NCBI GenBank assembly: GCA_964579055.1 | Contig: CAZOFX010000003.1 | Span: 39,551-103,550 of the forward strand | Source: an uncultured Pirellulales bacterium | Lineage (GTDB): Bacteria; Planctomycetota; Phycisphaerae; Sedimentisphaerales; Anaerobacaceae | Length of the DNA stretch: 64,000 nt | Reading direction: 5' to 3' | Shown: positions 47,492-57,477 of the stretch, one piece after another | How positions within the stretch are numbered: the first letter of the stretch is position 1 | Layout: each line of letters begins with the position of its first letter | Program-made: the position numbers and the translations under genes | The notes under the pieces: generated by a model | Database searches by the model: none | Told to the model about the DNA's origin: nothing | The model's input: the letters and a program-made list of their open reading frames with translations, nothing else

Positions 47492-49285
47492 ATGATGCGC
47501 GTCGCCTCGATGTTGATGGTTTCGCTCTTGCTTTCCCCGGTTTTGGCGCAGGAGGGAGGGACTGCGAATCCGCCGCAGCGGGAGCGGACGATCGCACTGC
47601 CTGTGGGGGAGTACGCCGCTGTGCTTCGGGCCCAGATGGAAAGCCTTGAAAAAGAATGGGGAAAGTCCCCGGCCAGCCTGGCGGAGGCCCATGCGAGGCT
47701 GGAAGAGATCGTGTCTCCTGAGACGTTGGCGAAGATCGATGCCATGCCATCCGAAGAGGGCATGATCGATTATCATTTCGGATTGGGGCTGAGCATGCGC
47801 AATGCCTGGGGACTGTGGGCAGATTCGGCATTGGCCAGGCACATGAAGGAACTGGGATTCACGAACGGCGACGAGATGTCGGGGACGATTCTCGCGACGT
47901 TCTGGTGCAAGCGACACGGCAGGGATTTCCGCCTGGAGGAGCGGGCCGCCAGGTACAAGAAGCTCCGCGAGAAGCAAGAGAACCGTATCCCCAGGGCCCG
48001 CGCGGCGCTGCGGGACAGGATGATGGGGTTGCGTTTCGAGAAGCGGGATGTTCCCAAGGTATCCGTTGCCGTCCGTCATTCCGGTGTGCGGCCGCGTCTG
48101 GCGTGTCCCTTTCGCAACGGCGTGTTCCTTACCGTCTACCACCAGGGTCGTCTGGTACCCAAGTGGGTCTCGATGCACGAATCGTATGTAGATCCGAATG
48201 GCGACGTACGCCCGACGTCGGAATACGGTGACTTCGCCCACTGGGGATATGGCTTCGATCCGACGGAGGGCAAGATCCGCAAGATGAGACCAGGGGAGGA
48301 CTCCTACACGCAGGGATACTACTTCGACCCGGCGGACGGCAAGCTCCATAGGATCTGCGTGCCGGAAGTCAACGAGGTTTATGCGGCGGTCGTGGCCGGG
48401 GACAGGGCGTGGTTCGCCGGCCTGACCGATGGCAGGCTCGTCGCAGCGGGCGTCGGCAACCAGGGTCGCCTCACGGTACCCTTGCCGCAGGACGATGAGA
48501 TGCCCGATCTGGGCATAGATGGCCAGTCCTTGTTGGCCGTGTATACCAAGACGATCTATCGCCTCGCGGATCGCACCTGGACGGTCGTTTCTTCCGGAGG
48601 CATCTTCTTGCCACGGTCCGGATTGCCGCCGCGGTTATACGGCGATACCCTCTTCTTCCGAGACGAAGATGACAGTTCGGACCCCAAATGCAGGCGATTG
48701 TGGTGGTTGACCATGGCCGAGCCGTTGCATCTGAGTGGCCTCGACCGCGACGTAAGGGTACTTCGCCAAGGGGGACCGCAGTGGGACGAAGTGACCTCCT
48801 ATTGTGTGACGAGCGATGGCGATTTATGGGCGTGTGTCGGCGAACACTACCTGTCGAATTGCCTGTTTCGTCGATCCAAGAACGGAGACTACTCGATCGC
48901 CATCCTGGGTAGTTCCGTTCGCTTTCTCGAAGAGGGCTGGCCCAATAGGCGGCACGCGTATCAAGGCGCGTCCGTCTCGGCGATTGCGCCCTTGCCCGAT
49001 GGCACGCTTCTTCTCGCTGGTCGCACCGGGCTCTATCGCCTCAATGGTGACGAACTGATCCAAGAACTCGAATTCACCGTCAAGGGGCCTCCAAAGGGGC
49101 CTCCAGATGATGTACTCGATGCGGTTCGCCACCAGAAGTGGATTCCGAACAATGTTCTGCAGCTTGATGACAGGTCTTTTTTCATCACAACGGATTCGTG
49201 GGAGGGCGCCTACTGGCTACGCCAGGGCGAGGACGGCCAGTGGAGTTGTCTGCCCCTGGACGAGGGCGATCCCGTCGTCTGGTGA
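47492..49285 (+). CDS. Secreted protein with DUF6794-like N-domain and propeller-like C-terminus
   Basis: HFGLGLSMRNAWGLWADS...GDEMSGTIL resembles DUF6794. Confidence 0.7.
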   Translation: MMRVASMLMVSLLLSPVLAQEGGTANPPQRERTIALPVGEYAAVLRAQMESLEKEWGKSPASLAEAHARLEEIVSPETLAKIDAMPSEEGMIDYHFGLGLSMRNAWGLWADSALARHMKELGFTNGDEMSGTILATFWCKRHGRDFRLEERAARYKKLREKQENRIPRARAALRDRMMGLRFEKRDVPKVSVAVRHSGVRPRLACPFRNGVFLTVYHQGRLVPKWVSMHESYVDPNGDVRPTSEYGDFAHWGYGFDPTEGKIRKMRPGEDSYTQGYYFDPADGKLHRICVPEVNEVYAAVVAGDRAWFAGLTDGRLVAAGVGNQGRLTVPLPQDDEMPDLGIDGQSLLAVYTKTIYRLADRTWTVVSSGGIFLPRSGLPPRLYGDTLFFRDEDDSSDPKCRRLWWLTMAEPLHLSGLDRDVRVLRQGGPQWDEVTSYCVTSDGDLWACVGEHYLSNCLFRRSKNGDYSIAILGSSVRFLEEGWPNRRHAYQGASVSAIAPLPDGTLLLAGRTGLYRLNGDELIQELEFTVKGPPKGPPDDVLDAVRHQKWIPNNVLQLDDRSFFITTDSWEGAYWLRQGEDGQWSCLPLDEGDPVVW

Positions 49286-49345
49286 GAACAGCGGCTTGTG
49301 CCGCTGGTTTAAGACGGGATGTGCAAGAGAGATCAGGGATAAGTC

Positions 49346-50236
49346 ATGAACGTGAGAGAGAAGAGATTGAACGCGTGCGTGGTTGCATTCCTGGTTTGTC
49401 TCGCGTTGGGCGGGGCTGTGGAGGCGGGGGAGGTTCGGACGGGGGCGTTTGAGGCGGTGTTCACGGAGCGGTGGCTTGGGTCGAGCGTGCGGAGTGTGCA
49501 CGAGCGGATGCAGCAGGGGTCGAGGATGAGATTTCCGGCGGGCGTCGATTACCGGATCAGCGAGGAAACGTATGCGGCCTACGTGCCGCCGGACTACAAC
49601 GGCGATGCGGCCTACGGGCTTCTCGTCTGGATCAGTGCGGGCGAACGCGGGGATATGCCCAAAGGCTGGGACGCGCTGATGGACAAGCACAAGCTCATCT
49701 GGATCGGCGCCCACCGGTCCGGCAACGAGCACAACCTGACGGGGCGCAGGATGCCCCTGGCGCTCGATGCCGTCTTCAACATGACGAAGAAGTATAACAT
49801 CGATCCGAACCGCGTCTACGTTTCCGGCGATTCCGGGGGCGGACGCGTCGCCAGCATCCTGGCCATGCACTATTCGGAGGTCTTCAGCGGCGGGATCTTC
49901 GTCGTCGGGGTGGAGTACTGGGAACCGCTTCCGATGAGCGGCCGGCCGGGACAGTTCTGGAGGCCCATGCCCAAGCCGCAACTGGCTTGCCTGGCCCTCG
50001 CCAGAAAACGCGGACGCTATGTCCTCCTGACCGGAGACCATGACGGCAACCGCGCGCAAACCTACGACTACTACGAATACGGCTACAAGAAGAAGCTGCG
50101 CCACGTGCTCTACATCCAGGTCCCCGGCATGGGGCACGAGATGCCGCCGATGGAGTGGTATGAGAAAGCCATCGTTTTCCTCGACACCGCGCCGGCGGCG
50201 ATGGAAAATGCCGTGCCTCGGGGCAAATCGGACTGA
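49346..50236 (+). CDS. Secreted alpha/beta hydrolase (esterase-like)
   Basis: YNIDPNRVYVSGDSGGG nucleophile elbow; PGMGHE. Confidence 0.8.
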   Translation: MNVREKRLNACVVAFLVCLALGGAVEAGEVRTGAFEAVFTERWLGSSVRSVHERMQQGSRMRFPAGVDYRISEETYAAYVPPDYNGDAAYGLLVWISAGERGDMPKGWDALMDKHKLIWIGAHRSGNEHNLTGRRMPLALDAVFNMTKKYNIDPNRVYVSGDSGGGRVASILAMHYSEVFSGGIFVVGVEYWEPLPMSGRPGQFWRPMPKPQLACLALARKRGRYVLLTGDHDGNRAQTYDYYEYGYKKKLRHVLYIQVPGMGHEMPPMEWYEKAIVFLDTAPAAMENAVPRGKSD

Positions 50237-50303
50237 GTCGCTCAGGACGCTGCCTCGTCGTCGCCTGCAAACGGATGCTTGAAAAGGAATACAAGGAGAC
50301 AGG

Positions 50304-50963
50304 ATGAGGTTTCCGCCTGAAGTGCGTGGGACGCTGCGAAGACTGGGCCGGTCGAAGGTAGTCCTGGTTCTTCTGCTCGCTGCGCTGCTGGCGCAGCAGG
50401 CCCCCAACCTTGCACGCCTGGCCAGGAGGGCGTTGTCGGATGAGCCGGCCCCGCGCCGGCCCGATGTGTCCTACGTGCCTACGCCGCAGAAGGTCGTGGA
50501 CCGCATGCTGGAGCTGGCGCGGGTGACGCAGGACGACGTGGTCTACGATCTCGGCTGCGGCGATGGACGGATCGTGATCACCGCCGCCCGGCAGTACGGA
50601 TGTCGGGCCATCGGCTACGACATCGTGGACTGGGTGATCGATAAGGCGCGCGAGAACGTAGCGCAAGCGGGCGTCGGGCATCTCGTGACCATCGAGAATG
50701 CCGACGTCTTCACGCTGGACCTCAGTGGCGCCAGCGTGATAACCCTGTATCTGCTTCCCGATTTGAACGTCCGGCTCATCCCACAACTGGACAAGTTGCG
50801 GCCCGGCGTACGGATCGTCTCGCACAACTTCGACATGAAGGGCGTCAAGCCCGATCAGGTCGTCACCGTCGAAGACGCCGAAGGCCCTTACGACGATCAC
50901 ACCGTCTTCCTGTGGACCACACCGCTCAACAAAGAAGCCACGAACGAGGAAGCCCGCCTATAA
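50304..50963 (+). CDS. Class I SAM-dependent methyltransferase
   Basis: YVPTPQKVVDRML, VVYDLGCGDGRIV, VITLYLLP. Confidence 0.92.
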   Translation: MRFPPEVRGTLRRLGRSKVVLVLLLAALLAQQAPNLARLARRALSDEPAPRRPDVSYVPTPQKVVDRMLELARVTQDDVVYDLGCGDGRIVITAARQYGCRAIGYDIVDWVIDKARENVAQAGVGHLVTIENADVFTLDLSGASVITLYLLPDLNVRLIPQLDKLRPGVRIVSHNFDMKGVKPDQVVTVEDAEGPYDDHTVFLWTTPLNKEATNEEARL

Positions 50964-50970
50964 CGTGTCC

Positions 50971-50998
50971 GTAGAGGCGAGGCATGCCTCGCCCTCAC
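50971..50998 (+). repeat. GTAG REP-like hairpin
   Basis: gtagaggcgaggcatgcctcgccctcac between convergent genes. Confidence 0.8.
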
Positions 50999-51008
50999 AG
51001 ACGGAGGC

Positions 51009-52475
51009 TCATTGCGCCCGGCCGATCAACTGCGGTTGTTTGGTTGGGCCGAAGCTGACGTTGGCCTCGCAGTCGTACTGGAGCTGCGGGCCGGCGAACT
51101 TCAGGCGGAGCGTGTAGATGTACGGCGTCTCGTAGAGGCAGACTTTGGCGGTGAAGGTGTCGTCTTCGGTCCAGGCGCCGGCGGCGGCCATCGGCTGCGC
51201 GGGGAGCTGGGCCCAGGCGACCCGGCCTTCCCGCCACTCGTTTCGTCCGCAGGCGATCCGCCGGTCGGCGCCGTAGACTCGGATCGTGACAGTCACATCG
51301 CTGCTATTGCCGCCGCCTTCGAGCGTGATCGCCTCGATCTTCTGATCGTTGGGTGCAAAGGCATACTTCCTGCCCGACACAGAGGCGGCCCGGCCGTTGC
51401 CTTCCGGCGTGCGCAGCGCCAGACCCTTGAGCCGTTGGGCGAGGCTTCTCGCGGCTGCGTCATCGGCAGGCAGTGCGGTGTCCTTCATCGCCGGCAGGAG
51501 TCTATCCCAGATCAGATTCATCACCGCCTGCATGTCACGGACGCCGCTGGTGATGGCGATCACCGCATCCTGCTCGGGCATCACGATGCAGTACTGGCCG
51601 AACGCGCCGTCGCCGCGATAGAGGCCGTGGCGGCATCGCCAGAACTGGTAGCCATAGCCCTGGTCCCAGTCGCTGTTCGGGTTGCTGCCGTTGGAGGTTT
51701 GCCTCGCGGTGGCCGCCGCGATCCAACTGGCGGGCACGAGCTGCTTGCCCTGCCATTGGCCCTTCTGCAAGTAGAGCTGGCCGAAGCGGGCGATGTCCTC
51801 GGTGCGCACGCTCAGGCCGTAACCGCCCGTGCTGACGCCTTCGGGGCTGACTTCCCACGTCGGGTTCTCGATGCCCAGCGGCCCGAACAAACGCGGCTGG
51901 AGGTAGTCGAGAACGGTCTGCCCGGTTGCCTTCTGGACGATGGCCGAGAGCATGTACGTGCCGGAGGTGTTATAGAGGAAGTGCGTGCCCGGCTTGAACG
52001 GAACCGGATGCGCCAGGAAGGTCTTGCTCCAGGGTTCGCTGTCCGTGCGGGGCGGCTCCGTCTGCTGGCCCGTGGACATGCGGAGCAGGTCGTGGACCCG
52101 CATCTCCTTGAGGTTGTTGCTCGGCTCGGCCGGTGCGGCGTCGGGGAAGAATCTCAGCACCTCGTCGTCCAGGCTGAGCTTTCCCTCGGCGATGGCCAGT
52201 CCGACGGCGGTCGAGGTGAAGCTCTTGCTCAGCGAATACAGCATGTGACGCGACCGAGCGTTGTAGGGCGCCCACCAGCCTTCGGCCACGACGTGACCGT
52301 GGCGCACGAGCATGAAGCTGTGCAGCGCATCGATGTCGCGGTCGGCCGCGTCGATGAAGTCGAGAACGACGGATGACGAAATGCCCTGCGCCTCCGGGGC
52401 GCTGCGCGGCAGCTCGGCTGCGGTACCGATGGAACTGCTCAGAGCGATGAGTGCGATGATGGAGAGAGTCTTCAT
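51009..52475 (-). CDS. Serine hydrolase (class C beta-lactamase-like family)
   Basis: Signal peptide at ATG 52475; SLSK (SxxK), FLYNTSG, YGYQFW. Confidence 0.92.
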   Translation of the reverse strand: MKTLSIIALIALSSSIGTAAELPRSAPEAQGISSSVVLDFIDAADRDIDALHSFMLVRHGHVVAEGWWAPYNARSRHMLYSLSKSFTSTAVGLAIAEGKLSLDDEVLRFFPDAAPAEPSNNLKEMRVHDLLRMSTGQQTEPPRTDSEPWSKTFLAHPVPFKPGTHFLYNTSGTYMLSAIVQKATGQTVLDYLQPRLFGPLGIENPTWEVSPEGVSTGGYGLSVRTEDIARFGQLYLQKGQWQGKQLVPASWIAAATARQTSNGSNPNSDWDQGYGYQFWRCRHGLYRGDGAFGQYCIVMPEQDAVIAITSGVRDMQAVMNLIWDRLLPAMKDTALPADDAAARSLAQRLKGLALRTPEGNGRAASVSGRKYAFAPNDQKIEAITLEGGGNSSDVTVTIRVYGADRRIACGRNEWREGRVAWAQLPAQPMAAAGAWTEDDTFTAKVCLYETPYIYTLRLKFAGPQLQYDCEANVSFGPTKQPQLIGRAQ

Positions 52476-52525
52476 GCTGGTGTCCTCACGAGAAGGGAAG
52501 GTAGGAGATAGAAATGCACGGCAAT

Positions 52526-53980
52526 TCATCCGGATGTCACCTCTTCGGCGGCGATCGTGCACTCGGTTTGGCCCCGGCTCAATTCTACGATGAGGATGTC
52601 GTCCTCGGGCGGGCCGCTGCGAAAGCGCTGGATGTCGCGCAACAACTGCTCGGAGACCTGATTGTCCGCTGTCCGGGCCGCCTCCTCCAGCAGAGCCCGT
52701 TGCAGTCCCTCGATGCCAAGCATCTGGTCGTTGCGGTCGTGGGCCTCGGTGGCGCCGTCGGTGTACATGACGATACGGTCGCCCTCTGCGAAGGCCCGCG
52801 TCTGCGTATCGCAATCGTAGAGCGGATCGTCGAGCACGCCGAGCATGACCGCGTTGGAGTCCAGCGCGGTGCAGCCGCCCCGCGTGTCCAGCACGAACGG
52901 CGGCGGATGTCCGGCGTTGGCCCACTCCAACCGGTCGGCCGCCGGGTTGTGCCGGACGGCTACGGCGGTGGCGTAGATGTCGTGTTTAGCGATCGAGACG
53001 CAGAAGTAGCGGTTCAGAGCCTCCAGCACCTCGCCCGGGCGCAGATCGGCGTGCTCGCCGAAGAGGCGGTCCAGCTCGCCGTGAATGCGATTGACCGTCA
53101 GTGCGGCGGTGATGCCGTGGCCGGTGACATCCAGCACGACCACGTTCAGCCGGCCCGCCTCGTCGCGCCGGACATAGACGAAGTCGCCGCCGAGCTGCTG
53201 CATCGGCTCGTAGCGGTACCGCAACTGGAACGGCCCCTCCGTGATCTCACGGGGAAACAGCATCTCGTGGACCGCGCGGGCCTGCTGCAATTCCTGCTGA
53301 AGCTGTCCGTAACGGCCGAGCACGTGTTCGAGCGTGAATCGGCTGCGAAACCGGCTGTACCGGAACCAGCAGTACAGCAGACCCGGAATGCCCGCTGTCG
53401 GCAGGATGAACACCTCGAAGATGCGATGTCCGATTGTGCCCTCCACGAAGAGGAAGTCGCAAAGCAGCGCCAGCCCGCACAAGGCCGCCAGGACGCGGGC
53501 TGCCTCGCGCACGGTCCAGGGGATGAACAGCGCCCCGACGAGGTGAATCAGGAGCACGCGCCCGACGAGCGAGGGCTGACTGGCAACCTGCTCGGCCGGC
53601 AGGTCGCTCACGAGGGTCCGCAGCGGAAAGACGGAAAACACCGGACGAACCAGAAAGGTTATGACGCCGGCCGCCACGATCAGCCAGAAGCTGTACCGAA
53701 TCACCGCAACGCGGTCGAGTCGTTGGTCCTTGGCACGCCGGTAGCCAAAGAAGAACACGAGCACGGTCATGATGCCCGGCAGCAGGTCGTAGCCCGAGTA
53801 CGCCGCTAGATTGTTGAGAAAGGGGCCTTTCTTCCAGAGGGAGACGATGAGCCCGACGGCCAATTCGATGTTCGCCGCCGCCATCGAGACCGCACAGAAG
53901 ACGCGCAGACGCCGGCGCATCCATTGACTTCGTCTCTCTTCGGAAGCCAGCGAGATTTCTTCGTCCAGCGGCAGTGCCAT
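52526..53980 (-). CDS. Membrane-bound PP2C/SpoIIE-family phosphatase
   Basis: N-terminal TM helices; LGGDF, DVTGHGITAA, NAGHPPP, MYTDGATE, EDDI. Confidence 0.92.
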   Translation of the reverse strand: MALPLDEEISLASEERRSQWMRRRLRVFCAVSMAAANIELAVGLIVSLWKKGPFLNNLAAYSGYDLLPGIMTVLVFFFGYRRAKDQRLDRVAVIRYSFWLIVAAGVITFLVRPVFSVFPLRTLVSDLPAEQVASQPSLVGRVLLIHLVGALFIPWTVREAARVLAALCGLALLCDFLFVEGTIGHRIFEVFILPTAGIPGLLYCWFRYSRFRSRFTLEHVLGRYGQLQQELQQARAVHEMLFPREITEGPFQLRYRYEPMQQLGGDFVYVRRDEAGRLNVVVLDVTGHGITAALTVNRIHGELDRLFGEHADLRPGEVLEALNRYFCVSIAKHDIYATAVAVRHNPAADRLEWANAGHPPPFVLDTRGGCTALDSNAVMLGVLDDPLYDCDTQTRAFAEGDRIVMYTDGATEAHDRNDQMLGIEGLQRALLEEAARTADNQVSEQLLRDIQRFRSGPPEDDILIVELSRGQTECTIAAEEVTSG

Positions 53981-54141
53981 AGAACCTTCCGTCCAATCGA
54001 CAGTTCGCCGAGCGTATTGAACCTGGGTGCCCGACGCCCGTAGAATACCGCGTCGGTGACCCAATTTCGAGCATAATGCTCGTATTAACTGGATTTGTCA
54101 TGCCATCGCTGGATCAAGATTGAGAGAAAGGGGGCGGCATC

Positions 54142-55137
54142 ATGGCAGAGCACGTTCTGACCAGGCGAGGGTTTCTCCGGAGTACTGCGGCCGGCTTTTG
54201 TGCGGGCGGTTTCGTCGCCCAGGCGCTGGCGGCGTCCGGCGGCGGAGGGGTTCCCACGCGCCCGTTCGGCAGCACGGGCGTGAATGTCTCCATCCTCGGT
54301 CTGGGCGGCCATCACGCCGGACGGGGGCGGGATGAGAACGCATCGGTCCGACTGGTTCGCAAGGCTATCGACATGGGGGTGACCTTCCTGGACAACGCCT
54401 GGGAGTATCACGACGGCCGCTCCGAGGAGTACATGGGCAAGGCCCTTCAGGACGGCTATCGTGCCAAGGTCTTCCTGATGACCAAGCACCACGGGCGCGA
54501 CAAGCAGACCGCCATGCAGCACCTCGAAGACAGCCTCCGGCGGCTGCGCACCGACGTGATCGACCTGTGGCAGTTCCACGAGGTCGTCTACGACAAGGAC
54601 CCCGAGATGATCTTCGCGCCCGCGGGCGGCATCGAGGCGGCCGACCTGGCTAAGAAGCAGGGCAAGGTCCGCTTTGTCGGCTTCACCGGGCATCGCGACC
54701 CGATGCTCCATCTGAAGATGTTGGCGTATGGCTACCCGTGGGACGCGGTGCAGATGCCGATGAACGTCTTCGATCCACACTACAAGAGCTTCCAGCAGCA
54801 CGTGCTGCCGATTCTCGTGCGGCGCGGGATCGGCGTGATCGCGATGAAGACGATGGCCAGCGGCCACGTGCTCCGCGCGAATGTCGTCACGCCTGCCGAA
54901 GCGCTGGACTACATCTGGAGCCAGCCGGTCTCGACCATCGTCTCGGGCATGGAGTCCGAAGCGCTGGTCGAGGCCAACGTCGCCTCGGCGCGGTCGTTCC
55001 AGCCGATGAGCGCCCAGGCCCAGACCGAACTGCTGGAGAAGACGAAACAGGCGGCCTTGACGGGGCAGTTCGAGCCGTTCAAGACGGCCCCCAACTTCGA
55101 TGGCGCCATCGGCCGCCGACTCCACGGTCTCTCGTAG
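54142..55137 (+). CDS. Aldo/keto reductase (Tat signal)
   Basis: TRRGFL; LGLGGHH; DNAWEY; SLRRLRTDVIDLWQFH; IAMKT. Confidence 0.93.
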   Translation: MAEHVLTRRGFLRSTAAGFCAGGFVAQALAASGGGGVPTRPFGSTGVNVSILGLGGHHAGRGRDENASVRLVRKAIDMGVTFLDNAWEYHDGRSEEYMGKALQDGYRAKVFLMTKHHGRDKQTAMQHLEDSLRRLRTDVIDLWQFHEVVYDKDPEMIFAPAGGIEAADLAKKQGKVRFVGFTGHRDPMLHLKMLAYGYPWDAVQMPMNVFDPHYKSFQQHVLPILVRRGIGVIAMKTMASGHVLRANVVTPAEALDYIWSQPVSTIVSGMESEALVEANVASARSFQPMSAQAQTELLEKTKQAALTGQFEPFKTAPNFDGAIGRRLHGLS

Positions 55138-55219
55138 CCTCACGTTCGGTGGACAAGGTCTTGGCGAGTCCCTCTGTCTCGTGGTATGATCCCTCAGGCC
55201 GGCGCCGGGACATCCGTGT

Positions 55220-55254
55220 ATAGGTCCCATAGGTCCTATGGGTCCTATGTCCAT
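55220..55254. repeat. 9-nt tandem repeat
   Basis: ataggtccc ataggtcct atgggtcct atgtccat. Confidence 0.7.
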
Positions 55255-55277
55255 CGCACTGATACCCGGCCCCGAAA

Positions 55278-57437
55278 ATGGACGACAACACAGGCTTTTG
55301 GCGAGGTGCAGACGTGAGCCGCAAGACAGCATTTCTCGGATCGTGGATTATTCTGGGTGTCGTATTCGCAAACTCCGTGACATGGCCTTCTGCGTGCCGA
55401 GCGGCACCGAAGCCCATCACGCTGGAGACGCTTCTGGAGGAGATGGTCGATCGCGACACGATCGCGCGGCTGCCCGATCCGGCGTATACCTGCAAGCAGG
55501 CCAGCAGCTACGACCGCCACTCGACCGAGCCCGGCTCGCCGACGTGGTGGGCCAACATGGATCGCAGCTACTTCGTCCGCGTCGAGGAGAACGGCGGCCG
55601 CACCGAGCACGTGCTGATGGACGTCGAAGGTCCCGGAGCTGTGGTGCGGTTTTGGGCCACGTGGCACGGTCCCGGCGGAGGCGAGTTCAGCAACGGCACG
55701 ATGCGCATCTATCTCGACGGCCAGCCCGAGCCGGCGGTCGCCGGACCGCTGGCCGACCTGATCAGCGGCGGCGTCCTGGTCGCCGAGCCACTCTCGCAAG
55801 GCGTATCGCCCCAGACGGCCTACCGCCATCGAGGCCACAACCTCTACCTGCCGATTCCCTATGCAAAGCATTGCAGGATCACGTACCAGACCGATGTGCC
55901 CATCGACGACGGCGCGCACAAGGGCGAAGCGCTCTACTATCAGATCAACTACCGTACGTACGAGCCGAAGACCGAAGTGGAGTCTTTCTCGTCCGAAGTC
56001 CTGCGTCGCGCCCAGGGGACTGTCGCCCGGGTGCAGGCGATGCTGAGCCAGAGCTGGCCCTTCGGCCTCGACGACCTGGACGAGGATACGCTCGAAGGAC
56101 GCCTTTCGCCCGGCAAGGATCGCTCGCTGACGATCAAGGGCGAAAAGGCCATTCGCGGCCTCCAGCTCCAGTTGAAGGCGGACGATCTGGCCCAGGTGCT
56201 GCGATCGACGATCATCGAGATCGCCTTCGATGGAACACGGACCATCTGGTGTCCGATCGGCGACTTCTTCGGGACCGGCTACCACATCCGCCCGCACACG
56301 ACCTGGTACACGGATGTGTCGGTCAATCGAATCCTCTCGTGCCGGTGGGTGATGCCGTTCCGCAAGCAGGCGAAGATCACGATCCGCAACCTCGGCGCCC
56401 AGCGCGTCGAGCTGACGTATGGCCGTGTCCAGACGGGGCCGTGGGACTGGGACGACCGCTCGTGCCATTTCCACACCACCTGGAAGCAATGGGCAGGCAT
56501 CGAGACGCAATCCAACGAAAGAGCCAAGGATCTCGGCGCTCTCGATCTGAACTGGCTCACGGTCCGGGGGCAGGGCGCCTACGTCGGCGACACGCTGACC
56601 CTGTTCAACACCGCCAACACCTGGTGGGGCGAAGGCGATGAGAAGATCTACGTCGACGGCGAATCGTTCCCCTCGCACATCGGCACGGGCACGGAGGACT
56701 ACTACGGCTACGCCTGGTGCAAGCCCGAATTCTTCGAGTCGGCGTTCCATGCCCAGCCCAGCGGTGACGGCAACCTGGTCGCCGGTTTCTCGGTCAACTG
56801 CCGTTACCGGGCCTTGGACGCCATTCCCTTCCGCAAATCCATCCAGTTCGACATGGAGCTGTGGCACTGGGCCCGGACGAAGATGAACTACGCCCCGACC
56901 ACCTTCTGGTATGCCTGGCCCGGCGCCACGTGCGACGTCGAGCCGAATGTCGAAGAGGCCCGGCGGCCCGTCGCACGAAAGGTCGAGGACATCGTCAAGC
57001 CTCGCCGTGTGGAGAACGCGCTGGAAGGCGAGACGCAGAAGGTCGCCGAATGCTCCGGCGGCACCACGGAGATTCAGGACCTCCCGCAGCACGACTGGAG
57101 CGACAACCGCCAGCTCTGGTGGCGGCATGCCCAAGAGCAAGATCGCCTCGTGGTGGAATTCCCCATCGCCGAGGAGGGCGATTACGATGTGATGCTCGGC
57201 ATCACCAAGGCCCGGGATTACGGCATCGTCCGCATCGCCATCAACGGCCAGACGAAGATCGACTCGCTCGACGGCTACAACGGCTCGGTGATCGCGGCGG
57301 ACGTCAAGCTGCCGACGTGCAAGCTCCATCAGGGGACGAACCGGCTCGAAGTGACGGTCCTGGGCTCCAACCCTGAGGCGATCCAGAGCCACATGTTCGG
57401 ACTGGATTACATCCTCGCGACGAAACGCTCCAGATGA
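55278..57437 (+). CDS. DUF2961 (GH172-like) secreted protein
   Basis: QASSYDR, GPGAVVRFW, PIGDFFG, WWGEGDEKIYVDGE, GTGTEDYYG. Confidence 0.9.
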   Translation: MDDNTGFWRGADVSRKTAFLGSWIILGVVFANSVTWPSACRAAPKPITLETLLEEMVDRDTIARLPDPAYTCKQASSYDRHSTEPGSPTWWANMDRSYFVRVEENGGRTEHVLMDVEGPGAVVRFWATWHGPGGGEFSNGTMRIYLDGQPEPAVAGPLADLISGGVLVAEPLSQGVSPQTAYRHRGHNLYLPIPYAKHCRITYQTDVPIDDGAHKGEALYYQINYRTYEPKTEVESFSSEVLRRAQGTVARVQAMLSQSWPFGLDDLDEDTLEGRLSPGKDRSLTIKGEKAIRGLQLQLKADDLAQVLRSTIIEIAFDGTRTIWCPIGDFFGTGYHIRPHTTWYTDVSVNRILSCRWVMPFRKQAKITIRNLGAQRVELTYGRVQTGPWDWDDRSCHFHTTWKQWAGIETQSNERAKDLGALDLNWLTVRGQGAYVGDTLTLFNTANTWWGEGDEKIYVDGESFPSHIGTGTEDYYGYAWCKPEFFESAFHAQPSGDGNLVAGFSVNCRYRALDAIPFRKSIQFDMELWHWARTKMNYAPTTFWYAWPGATCDVEPNVEEARRPVARKVEDIVKPRRVENALEGETQKVAECSGGTTEIQDLPQHDWSDNRQLWWRHAQEQDRLVVEFPIAEEGDYDVMLGITKARDYGIVRIAINGQTKIDSLDGYNGSVIAADVKLPTCKLHQGTNRLEVTVLGSNPEAIQSHMFGLDYILATKRSR

Positions 57438-57477
57438 GGACAGGGATTCATCGCAGATTGCGTGAAAGGGACAGACT

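Noticed and set aside
52476-52925. Upstream extension of the 638-aa serine hydrolase ORF
   Set aside because: Overlaps the PP2C gene; signal peptide and RBS point to ATG 52475
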